Shown piece after piece: positions 26,281 to 40,460 of a stretch of 64,000 nt of DNA. Source of the DNA: Octopus sinensis (taxonomy: Eukaryota); assembly GCF_006345805.1 (NCBI RefSeq), contig NC_042999.1, forward strand, positions 173,538,001 through 173,602,000, written 5' to 3'. The notes beneath the pieces were generated by a model. It saw only the letters and a list, made by a program, of their open reading frames with translations, was not told the origin of the DNA and searched no databases. The first letter of the stretch is position 1. Each line of letters opens with the position of its first letter. A program made the position numbers and the translations under genes.

Positions 26281-27371
26281 ATTTAGTGAATCAGAGATCT
26301 ATATCTGTAATATAGATAAACTGACGTGTGTGTTTGAAATGCAAAGAAGTCGAATATTACGTATCACGGGCCGAATTGTGTGACAAGATTAATGAATCTG
26401 TTTCACGAAATTCCTGTCAGATATAGATTTTTTTATGACAACCGATAGCTTAACCCATAACTTTATGAAATTACGTTCACCAAGACTAATGGTTATCGTG
26501 CATATGTTGGGTGCTTTGGGTTGGTTCTCGTATACACTTTCAGCAGAAAGCTGCTGCATGGAGTAACGGCGTTTGTTCTGTCGCTGAAAGGTGATGAACT
26601 CGCGAAACAGTCTTTGAAAATGAGTTTTTCTTTCTGTTCGTTGTGATTAGACTCCGGTTGATAACACGTAAAGGTTGTTAGGTAATCGTTCAATCATAGA
26701 TCTCTTGAAAACTGCTTCGTATTTGCTGTTTATCATTCTCATTCCATTTGTACTTAATAGTAAGGAATTATCTTTCGCATGCCACATGAATGGTCTACAT
26801 GCGGTTTTCATTTATAACTTACCTGTGAGAATATCGCTCATCTCAGCTATTGTGTGTTAAAAATACGGAGATTGACTCACGGCTGCTAGTGTGTTCCACG
26901 TTGAAGCCTATGTAATTAAAAATTTTGATGAAATATCACATAAGAACTTCCTCACGAAAATACGGGATCATGCGGATGTCATTCAAATATCTGGTAAAAG
27001 TGATACAAAAGTGGCTCTTCGCAGCAACAGGTCAATACACAAAATAGCCAGTGGGGCTGTCATACTAAACCCACATGGATAGTCTTGACGACTGATTATA
27101 TCAGAGGCTAATTTAACTGTTACCGTTCTGTACAATGGCAGAGAGAGGCTTGTAAGTATCCGAATGGTAAGTCCGAAACACTAAAGATTCAGATATAAAA
27201 TTAAAATTAAAAAACAAAAAACATTTGGTCAAAGTTACACGGCTGGAAAAGTAAATCAAAGTTGCAACGGAAAATGGTGTCTAGACTAAAGACATAAGTG
27301 TTATTTTTTGGAGTAAAGTTGATAATTTATTTGAATGGTGTCATTTGAGCTGATGATGCGTTCTGGTATAT

Positions 27372-27421
<50 letters not shown>

Positions 27422-27442
27422 TTTGTTGTGCTAGAATTTTTA

Positions 27443-27477
<35 letters not shown>

Positions 27478-28258
27478 GCGTGTGTACATATATACATATA
27501 TATACATAAATGTATACATATGCACATATATATATATATATACAAATATACATATATGTACATATATATATATATATTTGTGTGTGCGTGTATATATATA
27601 TATGTGTGTGTGTGCGTGTGTATATATGCACACACGTATGTATGTACATATATACATCCATATATATATATCTATGTGTGTGTGTATTCACCACTTATAT
27701 TTACACATCTATTTGCTTGTTTTATGTACATATATATATATATATATAATTATATATATACACACACACACATATATATATATATACATAACAAAACAAA
27801 AAATGTGTCAGGGAGAGAGAGAGAGAGAAAGAGACGGATCACGTATTCGTGTTAGTGCGCATGGACGTGCATTTAAGTGTGTAGCTCTTTGTTCCTTAGA
27901 TGTTCAGTTCGTATTCTTTAAATCAGAACTGAAGTACCTCCTTCAGTGCTGTCTGTTCTATTCGTTTCCTGTTATTTGTTCTGTATGGCCTTAGAACTTC
28001 CAGAAAACAATAATTTAGCTGTGGGCTTTTAAATAATAGAAGCTATACAGTTGAGATTCCTGATAAGAGAGGATGGTGTGAGAAGTTTGGAGTTGGAGAT
28101 TTGTTGTTATCTTAACAGTTTCTTTTATCCGCTGAACTTGGTGATATCTGTGTGTGTGTGTGTGGTGTGTGTGTGTGTGTGTGTGCTTGTGTGTTTGTGA
28201 GTGTCTTGTGCGTGTATTATGTATATTTCTATGTATATATATATATATGATATATATA

Positions 28259-28324
<66 letters not shown>

Positions 28325-28371
28325 TATATATAATATATATATACAATATATTCAGAAAAAATAAAAGTATG

Positions 28372-28423
<52 letters not shown>

Positions 28424-28436
28424 TATATGTACACTC

Positions 28437-28468
<32 letters not shown>

Positions 28469-28474
28469 CACCAT

Positions 28475-28514
<40 letters not shown>

Positions 28515-28516
28515 TC

Positions 28517-28560
<44 letters not shown>

Positions 28561-28670
28561 CACATATATACACACACTCAAAAATATATACTCATATTAT
28601 TATATATTGTATATACATATATACAGACACTCAAAAATACATGCACAAATATCTATCTATCGACGTATAA

Positions 28671-28714
<44 letters not shown>

Positions 28715-28975
28715 ATATTCACATATGTGTACATGTAGGTATGTACGTATAACTATAAACATAGATGTATATGTGTGTGTGTTTGTGTGTATATCTGTAG
28801 ACAGAGGCTACCACGAGGTCTCGCGTTCTGTTACAATATTTTACTTCTTGGGTAGTGTTTGTTTACCATAGCGTCGAGTTGATATTGCGAATGAATCTGC
28901 ATAGATGGAAATTGCGTATTACTCTTGCCTCGATAGCGTACATTCTTATGAAAAACCCCTTGAACAGAATAACAT

Positions 28976-29007
<32 letters not shown>

Positions 29008-29253
29008 GCACGCACACATATACACGTACACAAATATACATACATATATATATATGGTCATTCATGACCGAAGGGGGTCTTTACCCTTACGTATTTATGT
29101 ATATATATGAATACATATACATGTATACATACATGTATCTGTCTATATATATATATTCTGTTACACTCACACACCAAATACCCACACCCACACATAAAAA
29201 CACAGACACAGACATATATGTATATGTGTATATATATATATATTATATATATA

Positions 29254-29295
<42 letters not shown>

Positions 29296-29784
29296 CATAT
29301 ATAAAACTAATTTAGAGACAAACCACCATTTCACAACTCAGGCAATGAAGGACCCAAAACCATGCCGTGAGAGATATACCACACAAAATACTAATCTAAA
29401 ATTTTGATAATATATAATATTGAACAGAGCAAATACAGGGCAAATAAGAGCAAATACTTTTAAAATCACAGCGAATACCATACAAAGAAACATTCATCAT
29501 AAATATATTAAGATAAAATCAAATAAGGTATAAATTCAACAATAAAAATTCATATAATGAAAAAATGCATAAAAGTAAGTATTTGTACATTGACTACATG
29601 TGTTTCATGCTTGAATTAGGACTAGATAAAATCGTATAAGAAACCATGTACAAGTTCATTAGAACGGTAAAATGATTTTACTTATAATATAATAATAATC
29701 CCTATCATATATTGAGTTAAGTTAAACTTTTAGTTTTTGGGGGTTTTAGGAATTTTACCTGAGAAGTGACTGCTTTGGGGAATA

Positions 29785-29786
29785 AA

Positions 29787-29854
<68 letters not shown>

Positions 29855-29871
29855 CATTATTATTATTATTA

Positions 29872-29944
<73 letters not shown>

Positions 29945-30005
29945 CATCATTATCATCATCATCATTATTATATAAATTCATTATAATTATTATTATTATT
30001 ATTAT
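29785..30005. repeat. (ATT)n/(ATC)n microsatellite
   Basis: Long trinucleotide run. Confidence 0.95.
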
Positions 30006-30912
30006 GGATCTTTTCCTTTTGATGGACGGGATTTTCTAGTTAACTAAACAATTTGAAACTTCGTATACTGGTAGAATGTGTCAAAACATTGTTGTAAACA
30101 AAATTGAAAGCAAAATTGTAATTTGTAAGTTTAAAGTAGTTTAATTCTTCAAATTTTAACTAATGAAATGCCAGCATTTGAGCTCAAATCATTTGCTGCG
30201 TCTAAAAACTCAGACAATATCCTGTTGCAACGTAAACAGCACACACACACGTGTTATTGATCCTTCTCTCTTCTGTCTGTCTTTTGTCTTCTGTCTTCTG
30301 CATGTGCTAGAAATAACAGCTATATCTCTTAAATCGATGAATTTCGTCGCCCAATAAAAATATTAACGATATTTTTTTACAGAAAAGGCTTCTCCCACGG
30401 TTTTGAAGGGCCAGAAACAACAAAAACAACACAATGATATGCCTAAATCGGTCTAGAGGGTGTGCGTGGAGTGTGCGTCGTATTGTAAAAATTTGCGAAA
30501 TATTTTTTTCATAAAAGGATGCCCCAGCTTGTCGGAGGCTGTGATATAAATTGGGGAAAAAATCCTTGACACCAGTGCGTAATTGGTACTTAATTTATCG
30601 ACCCCGAAACGATGAATCATTGACCCCCCTTCTGGTTTATTTACCTTTTGTGTAAATTTGTTGCGGCAAGGGGCAATACACAGAAGGGACAAAGCATGAG
30701 CTACAAAAGTATTAAGTCGATTCTATCGACACCAGTGCGAACTCACGAACGTGTATGTATGCTTGTGTGCGTATGTGTGTGTATGTATATCTCCCTTTGT
30801 ATGTGTGTGTACGCTTATATATTAATTAGTATGTGCTTGTGCAAATGTATATGTATGTGTTTGAGAGAGAGAGAGAGTGACAGAGAGAGAGAGTGACAGA
30901 GAGAGAGAGTGT

Positions 30913-30943
<31 letters not shown>

Positions 30944-31233
30944 CAAGTGTACGTGTGTATGTATCTGAATATGTGTGTGTGTGTGTGTGTGTGTGTATGC
31001 GGCGTCTGCTATGTTTGTTTATCAATATCGATAACGCAGAAAATGATTTGAGCTCAAATGCTGGCATTTCATTGGTTAAAATTCGAAGAATTAAACTACG
31101 TTAAACTTACAAATTACAATTTTGCTTTCAATTTTGTTTACAATAATGTTTTCTTTTGACACATTCTACCAGTATACGAAGTTTCAAATTGTTTAGTTAA
31201 CTAGAAAATTCCGTCCATCAAAAGGAAAAGATC

Positions 31234-31234
<1 letters not shown>
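30006..31234. mobile_element. Non-autonomous DNA transposon with ~195-bp TIRs, inserted in (ATT)n
   Basis: 30006-30200 and 31035-31234 are inverted copies (6 substitutions plus one 5-nt indel); termini GGATC..GATCC; both flanks are ATT repeats. Confidence 0.85.
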
Positions 31235-31288
<54 letters not shown>

Positions 31289-31291
<3 letters not shown>

Positions 31292-31752
31292 TAGTTTTAT
31301 TTTTATAACGTGCTTTCACTTCATTACAAAGCGCAACTCTGTGTGCCTTGGGTATGTACTGTGGTTTGCTGTGATGCGCTTATGGTTACTGTATTGAAAA
31401 TGTTTTGCGTAGGATGTGTGCAGTGCCTAGTAGTGCAATTTTTTGTATGTTATATATATTTGTAAGTCCTGGTGTTTTTGATATGTATTTGTCTGAATGC
31501 CTAATGCGCCCAAATATTTTTTATCATACCTAATGCGCCCACTCTGATAGGAATTGTTTCTGCTTTTAGATTCCACATTCGAGTAACTTCTATTTCCAGG
31601 TCTTTGTATTTTGAAAGTTTCTCGATTTCTTTTACAGAAACATTGTCATCTGCTGGTATTGATACATCAATTAGAAAGCACTTTTTTTTCTTCATGATCT
31701 CTGACAAGTATAGCTTGCCTATTGGTCTTAATTTCTTTATCTGTGCATTGGC
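31289..31752 (-). mobile_element. 5'-truncated R4/Dong-clade LINE (family A), RLE C-terminus and 3' UTR
   Basis: [51 protein letters not shown]; flanked on both sides by (TAA)n on the element strand. Confidence 0.9.
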
Positions 31753-31795
<43 letters not shown>

Positions 31796-32262
31796 GCAAC
31801 TCTATTTGAAAGCCTAATGTATTTTGCGTAATGCATTTAGTCTCCAAAATGTGCTGGATTTCTGTTGCGTCAGATGTTCTCCGGTGGACAGAATTATGAT
31901 TGAAGTTAGGCATTGTTATTAAGCTAACGCTCTACTTTGGCATTAGAAATATTATAAAACGATATTTTTTTTAATTTAAAGATAGGATAGATAAATGATT
32001 TCAAGGAAAGTAAACAAAATACATTAGTAAATCACGAACTTTAAGCTGCATAAACATAAGCTGATAATTTCGTACGTCCTAGTTGCACACTATTAAACAG
32101 ATAACTGAGGAGTTGCGGCTTTGTATGAGTATTCATTATTTCGTTGGCAATGCGTTTGCTACTAATACACTTTCTTGTGTATATGAAACTTATTTGGTAT
32201 TTTCCATTTGATATTGTTTATTTACTTACGGATGTATTTTCATGTCATTAATATTGCATACA

Positions 32263-32646
32263 TAGGCGTAGGAGTGGCTGTGTGGTAAGTAGCTGGCTTA
32301 CTAACCACATGGCTCCGGGTTCAGTCTTCTACTATAGCCCCGGGCCGACCAAAGCCTTGTGAGTGGATTTGGTAGACGGAAACTGAAAAACGCCCGACGT
32401 ATATATGTATATATATTTATGTTTGTGTCTGTGTGTGTATGTGTGTGTTTGTATGTGTGTTTGTCCCCCCCAACATTGCTTGACAACCGATGCTGGCGTG
32501 TTTACGTCCCCGTAACTTAGCGGTTCGGCAAAGAGACTGATAGAATAAGTACTAGGCTTACAAAGAATAAGTCCTGGGGTTGATTTGCTCGACTAAAAGC
32601 GGTGCTCCAGCATGGCCACAGTCACATGACTGAAACAAGTAAAAGT
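32263..32646 (+). mobile_element. SINE family A with a ~28-bp deletion in the head
   Basis: taggcgtaggagtggctgtgtggtaag..ttcagtc|ttctactatagcc; tail cagtcacatgactgaaac. Confidence 0.9.
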
Positions 32647-32650
32647 ATAT

Positions 32651-32717
<67 letters not shown>

Positions 32718-32819
32718 CATATATTACTTATTACCGGCATAATTCAGATCCTTGTCTAGCCTCCCTTTATATGTACATACATGTGCATATACATGTAAAT
32801 AGATACACGCACATATACA

Positions 32820-32970
32820 TGCATACATATACATAAGTACATACATACATACATGCATGCATACATATATACATTCATACAGTCATACATTTATGCATTC
32901 ATACATACATACATACATACATACATACATACATACATACATACATACATACATACGTACATACATACAT
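32820..32970. repeat. (CATA)n microsatellite
   Basis: Tetranucleotide run. Confidence 0.9.
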
Positions 32971-33746
32971 GTAACCTGTGGATTTAAAGTTTCTTTTGTA
33001 TGAGCAGTATGCATACTATGTATACAAGTTTATATGTGTATCACTGCGCGTACCGTTTTGAAAACGCTTGTCAAACAGTAGGTTTGTCTGTGTGTTCATA
33101 TAAGCTTCGGTATTTATACAAAGTTTCGATAGAAAACTAGCATTTCTATGTAACTGTTTTCGTTTATATCTATGAATAGTCCTTTAAGTGTGTATATAGC
33201 TTTATCTGTCTATAAGAGGGCATTTGTAAGAATGTATGTGTGTGTATATGTGTGTATGTATGTATGAATATATGTTTGTATGTATGGATAGATTATGTAT
33301 GTATGTATGTACGTATGTATGGGGAACATTCATTATATACAAAAGGTGTACGATTTTTTTATGGTCTTTTTGTTCTTCTTTGGTTGCAGTATATACGTAG
33401 CCTTCTTATTTGAAGTTGAGTGAATATGTATGTAAGGGCGATATTTGTCCGCATAGTAGTATGGACGTGTGCACAGTGTAGATGTCCGTTTGTGAATAAC
33501 ACACACACAAAAAAAAACACAAGGAAGATTTTCTACAAATGATAATAGATGCCCAGTAATGTGGAGACACAGCCTTTACACTTTGGTTCTAAAGAAATGT
33601 TTTTCCTATTTCTGACTCGGCTAAACATTTCTTTTGTGTAGCGCCATGTTTAACAGTTTCCTGCTCGTGTCGTTGAATTAATGGGAAGATGAATTTAAAC
33701 AGGGGAAATGCATTGAATAGCGAAAATTCAGACGACTCTACCACTG

Positions 33747-33799
33747 TTGCTGCTGCCGCCGCTGCTGCTGCTGCTACTACTACTACAACTACTACTACA

Positions 33800-33852
<53 letters not shown>

Positions 33853-34330
33853 AGCTTCATCGATTTCGAAAAATACATTGAATACGTACACTTAACTACA
33901 GAAAATTCTCTAAAGGAAATAGAACTACGATCACCTACACCACTACTACTGTTAATAATAATAATACTAATTCGAAGAAGAAGAAGAAGAAGAAGAAGAA
34001 GGAGGGGGAGAAGGAGGGGAGAAGGGGAATGGGAAAGAGAAGGGGGAGGAAGGGGGAGAGGGAGAGAAGGGAAAGGAAGAGGAGGAGGTGGATGAAGGGG
34101 ACGAAGAGATGGGGAGAGGAAGAGGGCAGGAGGGCAGGGGAGGAAGGCAGGAGAGGAGGACAGGAGAGGTGGAGGGAAGAGAATGGGGAGAGAGAAGAGC
34201 AACAACAAGAACAAAAAGAAGAAGAAGAACAAGAACAAGAACAATAAGAACAATAAGAAGAAGAACAACAACAACAACAAGTGAGAAGCTGGAAAAAGGG
34301 TGGCGATAAGGAGAAGGAGGAGCAGGATGG
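33747..34330. repeat. Compound microsatellite (GCT)(ACT)(AAT)(GAA) plus polypurine tract
   Basis: Direct reading; 33975-34200 is almost purely A/G on the + strand. Confidence 0.9.
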
Positions 34331-35949
34331 TTTTTCTTTAATAATACTATTTCTGAAATTGACTAATTCTGACAAAGTCCTCATATTTCAAAGTAAAGTA
34401 TATTCTACTATATTTAGCGCAGTATATTACTTTCTTGTCACCAACAGAAAGTCGAAATGCAATATCGAAAGCCGCCCAATTTCAATGCAGACCCACATAG
34501 ATACAAGTTTATAAGATTATCTCACTAACTACTTCCATGTAATACTAATGACCCTTCCATATCACCTATGAATACTACTTCGATTATTGATAACAACAAC
34601 CTTTTTGTTTTTCTTATTCTCCACAAGAATTCATACATGCTATAAAGCACTATAAAACGTGTAGGGTGTACAAGAAGGGCCATATGCACATCATGCAAAG
34701 GACGAGTGTTCTGAAAATCATAGCATCTGAGGCTTGTAGTTATTGTTGCAGCGACTGCAATTTTTCTTTCTGCTTTGGATTCCTGCGCAAAACTACCAGA
34801 CATGCACTCAATCTATTCACGTCCACGACTGTCACAGCAGTTATAATGCATAGGAGAGGGGGAAACGCGTGATAAATACCAACAATAACATTTCTAGAAT
34901 GGTCTTGTAGGATTTGGCGGACTCATAATATGTTTAATAAAGCCCTACGCGATTATACGTGATTCATTTTGATCGCAGCATTTTTTAACATTCCATACTG
35001 TACCACGATAAAAGAAAAGCCGAAGCTGACCGTCATTGTCAATATCTGGGATGTTGACCCTCATCCTCATGTGTCCTGGATTCACATGTTTCCTGCTAAA
35101 AGTGAATCAGCAAGTCAACAGGGAGTATAAAACAAAAACGGCTACACAAAAACTGTTTGATTTACTGCAAATTGATGAATGAAACACGTTATACACACCG
35201 CACAGAAAAAAAATTACAAAAAGCCTCAACAAAAGAAAAAATCAAGGAAAACAACAGATGACGAAAAATACAAAACATTAGCTCTATAAATAGTAAAACA
35301 CTACAGAATCTACCACACAAAAATCAAACAAGTTATAAATCCCAAAAAGAGCTATCAGCGAAATATAATTGAAATACGAAATTACTATAAAACCATACAA
35401 TTTGGTGTGAGACAGTCAAACAAATACATAATGACAGATAAAATATACACTTGACTCGACATTTTACAGCAAACAGTATTAGCCGCATATCAGCATATAA
35501 ACAAAAAAAAAGTAAACATAGAGGAAGATCTAACAGGAATGCTCAAGGGGATAGAAGACAACACAATCGATGAACATGGTTTTAACGTAAACATTTACCA
35601 AAGTTATACTGGAACAAGAAACTTCATGAAAGAATAAAATCAAAATAATATTGTTAGAAAATATACTTCTTAGAACTGAAACAAAACGGAAGAAAACTAT
35701 CTTTAGTTAGTGAAATGAAAAAAAGAGGACCCTAACATACAAAAAGAGAAAAATATTGAAGCGAAGCTAACTAAAAAAAATATAATGACCGCGCTCGGAG
35801 GAAAATAGAAACGTATCGGTAACAGTATCTAAATTAAGTCGTTGCGATAAACATTGTTGTTTATTGTCGAACAAGTTATTCGAATCAATACTGAAAGATT
35901 TAACAAATGATGTATATTAGAAAGACTCCACATAAAATAACTTTAGTAC

Positions 35950-36560
35950 TAATAAATACATCAAACGTACCATGGAAATGTGGAAAACAACCATTTACTA
36001 CAAGGCAAAGAGAAGACACTAGAATGGTCTCTCGAAAACAACATATTTCTCTGAACACTGATTATTTTCAGTGTTCTATTTGAAAAGGGATTGTTTTCCG
36101 AAATATTATAGGATCATTAAACAAAACTCCTTATGTAAGATTTATACAATATTTTTTTCTCTTTTTGTTCCCATTGACTCCTTGTGAAATATTTTGTTTA
36201 ACTCTTTACCGGTATTGTTGAAATATTTTTACAAGCATTTAATTTAGTTATACATACTGCGACGCTTCATGTAAATTATAATACTCTTTTAAAGATAGCG
36301 TAATTATAATTAATACTATAGTCACTGCATTTTTCTGTCTAAATCTAATGCCATTCAGAAATTATCGGACTAGAAACACCAGGATACTACAGGCAAAATG
36401 TTAATCATAACCGCTTTATGGATAACTTCAAAATATTCACAAGGGATAATACGCAGATGAAAAACTTTATAGAACGTGTTCATATATGTAGCGAATGAGT
36501 TAGGCAAACTAGCAAAGCCCAAGTTTTAGATGTAGATGAATATGACAAGCTACGAGATAC
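35950..36560 (+). mobile_element. Ancient R4/Dong-like RT relic
   Basis: LENNIF.. and NHNRFMDNFKIFTRDNTQMKNFIERVHICSE align loosely with MEKNDIFP and SHLFYMDDLKLYGKDNNELEGLLRTVKAFSD of the 41.5-kb element. Confidence 0.4.
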
Positions 36561-37565
36561 ATAACTAAAAGCAAAAATTAGAAAGGCCACAATGTAGAAA
36601 ATAAGATTTCAATTATAAATACACTAGTTATCCCGGCTCGAAACTTCAGTTTCAGCATAACAAGATAGAAATTGAGAATTTATTTTAAAAATTGATTTCA
36701 GTTTTTAAAAGAAATTTTCATAGGGGCAGCTAAGGAAATATTTGTTGGTCATCATCAGAAAAGCGTAATCTATAGAAACTGGCTCTGATCAGTAAGGATT
36801 AGATATTAAGTATAGGAAAAGCATCACAAAGAATTTTGGATGGTATAATCTATGCAATTAAAACATAAAATCACCTAACTGAAATAATTCAAATGGGCGA
36901 AACGGTAGGAATTGAGATAAACAAGTTAATGGTGATGTGACGAATGTCGAACGCTGACCATTCTCAACTAACTGAAGTTTGCCACTTAAACGAAAAATAA
37001 AGTTATAATAACCTGACTATAAAATTGGGTATCTCTCAAAGAAAAGATGAGTAAATTTAAGAATTTAAGAATTTCCCCAAACAAATTTACATGAGAAAGA
37101 TCTGATCTTTCATTGTATATACAACACGACGTGTATACCACACGCTGATAAGATTCTATAATAGCAAAAGTTGTACATATTTATTTCCTATACAGCTCAA
37201 ACTGGCCTGCTAAGTTCAGTCGAACCTCAGATGAAATTCTTGAAGACACTGGTGGTGGTGGTGGTGGTGGTGATGTTGATGTTGACGATGATGGTAAGAT
37301 GATGAAGGTGAGGAGGACGTGGAGAAGGAGAAAATAATAATGAAAATAAATTCTTTATTAGCATGCAGTTTGAGGACTGTACGGGAAGTTACAATACAGT
37401 ATATTATGTAATATTATGTGGAGCTGTAAAGTTCGTTCTAGCTACAATGTGTTTGTGTAAAAGACATGGTGGCCATGAATGGACAGCCTTTGGTCATGCA
37501 TATATTCAGACAGGGCTAACGTTTAAGTAAACAACAATAACTATTACTCAATTCTCATCGATACT

Positions 37566-37583
37566 GAAAGAAAGAAAGAAGGA

Positions 37584-37643
<60 letters not shown>
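37566..37643. repeat. (GAAA)n microsatellite
   Basis: Tetranucleotide run. Confidence 0.95.
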
Positions 37644-38237
37644 ATGATAGAAAGAACAGCAAAATTGATTTCCGCAGGATTTGAACATGTAATATATAGC
37701 AACGAAACTAAACATTGCAAGGAGTTTTGTCCGGCACTTTAACGATTCTGAAGAAGTAGAAGAGTAACGAGATAAATAAAACAAACAATAGCAATAATAA
37801 ATTCTGACCTCTTGGCACGAATGAATCACTGAACAATTAAATGATATATTGTGCAGCAGAGATCATTGCGAGAATGAATAACAGAACGCTGGAGAATTCT
37901 ATGCTTGAAGCACCCAAACAAAAGCAATGCAGCTGATAATTTCAGACAAATATATTCCTTATCAGTGGTGTGGAAGTCTTTCACAGGAACTGTAGCAGAT
38001 AAAAGTTTCAGATATCTACAATTACAGGGTGTATTTTTATCAATACAGATATTATCGTTTGACAAGTAAATTATACGTGCATATGATAATCACCAATGAA
38101 TATTCGGGTGTATAATACGGATACAACAACAACAATAATAATTATTACTATTTCTATAAATAATAAAAATGATATTAATAATGATGATGATGATTATTAG
38201 GAGGAGGAGGAGGAGGAGGAGGAGGAGGAGGAGGAGG

Positions 38238-40384
38238 ATAATTTGTTCTTTATTGGCCACAAGGACTGAACACAAAACAAAAGGACGATCCGAAAGCAAG
38301 GGAAAAGTAGGGTTTAAAACAAAAATACGTGTATACAAAAGAATAACAACAATTTTAAACATAAAAAAAATGCGAGAGTTCCAACCAGGGGCACTCAAGG
38401 AAATCCACATTAGCTGGTCACCACTATCGCCGATGGCACGCCAACTGGGAAGCTCTCTCTTCTTCATCTTCTCAGGCTTGCATGCATATGTTCAGAGAAC
38501 GCCCGTTCAAATGAAACACCCTCGCGACTTTTACCGGCCGTTCAGCATAAATATTGTGGGGCAGCACTTCTCTCTCAACCTTCAGTTTCTTCTTCAAATG
38601 GAACTTTAAAAAGTCGATGAGGGCTTAGTCGAAAAACTTGTCCCGCGCACTACCGCTCTCGCCATAGCCATCAGACAGAGGAAAACTGCCTGCCCTTCCC
38701 GGCCAAAGGAGGCCGATGGGGTGATACTCAATGTGCATGCAACACCGATTCAACGCCATGCGCGACTCTCAGACAGGTCCGTCTGACAGCACTTCCGTGT
38801 TTTAGAGATTGTCTAGTCTGGCAGAGCCTCCAATCCATTGGCCCCGGCCCGAAAGTGCCTCAGGAAAGATCAGCTAATTCACCAGATACCCAGAATTTTC
38901 CAAGGATGTCGTCGCTCCTGGCCGCTACTAATTCTCTCTAGAACTCCGATGTAAAAGTCCCACCAACCACATTTCCCGACTGGTAGTGAGGTGTGAGCAT
39001 CTGCCAAAACTCCGCCCTTTCTTGGTCTACACTTAATCCAGGACCGCATCTTCGTCAATGAGACGAGCTGCAGAAACTACTGTCTAACCAATGTCGACCA
39101 TACCCGTTCACTATCCATGAAACACTGGATCTGTCGCAGCCTCAGCTCAGGTCTGCACATCATTAGCCATGGAATGCCCAACCTTCCGTGCAGTGGTTGC
39201 TGACAACAAATAGATGGAACCCATCCTTTCCATAGAAAGCAGAAGATTAAGCGCTGTAGCTTGATCAGCAGGGCAACAAAAAGGTCAGGTGGTAGTACAT
39301 GACGGAAGTGATGTACACATTCGCCACCTCTACCCTACCTTTCTAGGTGAGACTGGACATCCTGCTCGCCTCCGCCCCCAGTTCTTGTCCACTTGCTTGT
39401 CCGGACCACACCAGACACTGAGTAATTTAACCGGTCCTTCAGTCCAGCATCTTACGAAGCTGTCGGATGGCATGCACCTGCCTCTCCATGTGCTGAACGG
39501 CTGAGCCATCGAGTTCTCCAAGTTAATCTTTGCGCCAGTCACCGCTTGGTACTCACTTAAGGATGTACCGATCACTCCCATTTCCGAGATGTCCGACAAT
39601 ATTACGATGGCGTCGTCGCATAACCTGAAACGAATATTTTGCATCCTAGTTCACGCGGGATGACTCTTGAAACATCCAGCTTCCGTGGCAATGAGTCGAG
39701 AGCCTGCATGTACAGAAGCAGCGAGAGGGTGCGTCCTTGATGCACCGAACGTACGATGGTAAACGATTTAGTAAGTGGCATTTACATTGACCACGGAGCA
39801 TATGTTGTTTTTGTGGCTTTGAGGGATTTGGCGATGGCAGTAAGAGGATCTCTGTGGTTCCCTGTCTTCTGTTGAAGGCAGTAAGTTCTCAATTGGCCAG
39901 TCTTCCCACACGAATGACACTGAGACCTTCCACTCTCAGCCGTAATGTACAGTTCTTCCCCTCTTGAAAGGCGGATGCGGTCTGGAATGTTGTGGATAGT
40001 ATGCGAGTTGATATGTAGTATTGCCTCCACCATGATGCCAGGCCAGTTTTCATGACGGCTTCGCTTAACTTCTAGGAGGCTGTTATTTCCAAGACAATGC
40101 ATGCTAAAATCCACCATATATTTACCTCTTGTAGAATTCCAAAGATCTTCAATTTCACCCCCGCACCTTCCTAAATATGATGGATGGAGAACATATTTAT
40201 CGCTCCGACAGTGTTTGACGACCAGAGTTTGGCTGTTGAAAAGCACTAAAATGCACAGTAATTGCTTGACATCGAGATATACACTATATCTGGTAATATC
40301 TAATTCAGCGCTCCTTCCACTTCTGTCTGACTTGCTGTCTCCGGCCGTTTTGTGTTTATAGGAATACATTAATGTCTTACTGGA

Positions 40385-40385
<1 letters not shown>
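38238..40385 (-). mobile_element. Tx1/L1-clade non-LTR element, internally deleted and decayed
   Basis: ORF1-like part with zinc knuckle (IPDRIRLSRGEELYITAESGRSQCHSCGKTGQLRTYC) joined directly to RT (RSVHQGRTLSLLLY, GAKINLENS, frameshifted YADD); AATAAA near the 3' end at 38249-38254. Confidence 0.75.

Positions 40386-40387
<2 letters not shown>

Positions 40388-40460
<73 letters not shown>

Noticed and set aside
33689-33895. Poly-Ala/poly-Thr ORF
   Set aside because: Product of the GCT/ACT microsatellite.
34525-34872. Overlapping 92-aa and 68-aa ORFs in unique sequence
   Set aside because: No motif, no splice support; lengths expected by chance.
37196-37293. Candidate 98-nt exon (tacag|...|gtaaga)
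   Set aside because: The donor arises in a decayed GGT/GAT repeat, the peptide is unrecognisable, and the segment may be an RTE remnant (EDTG).
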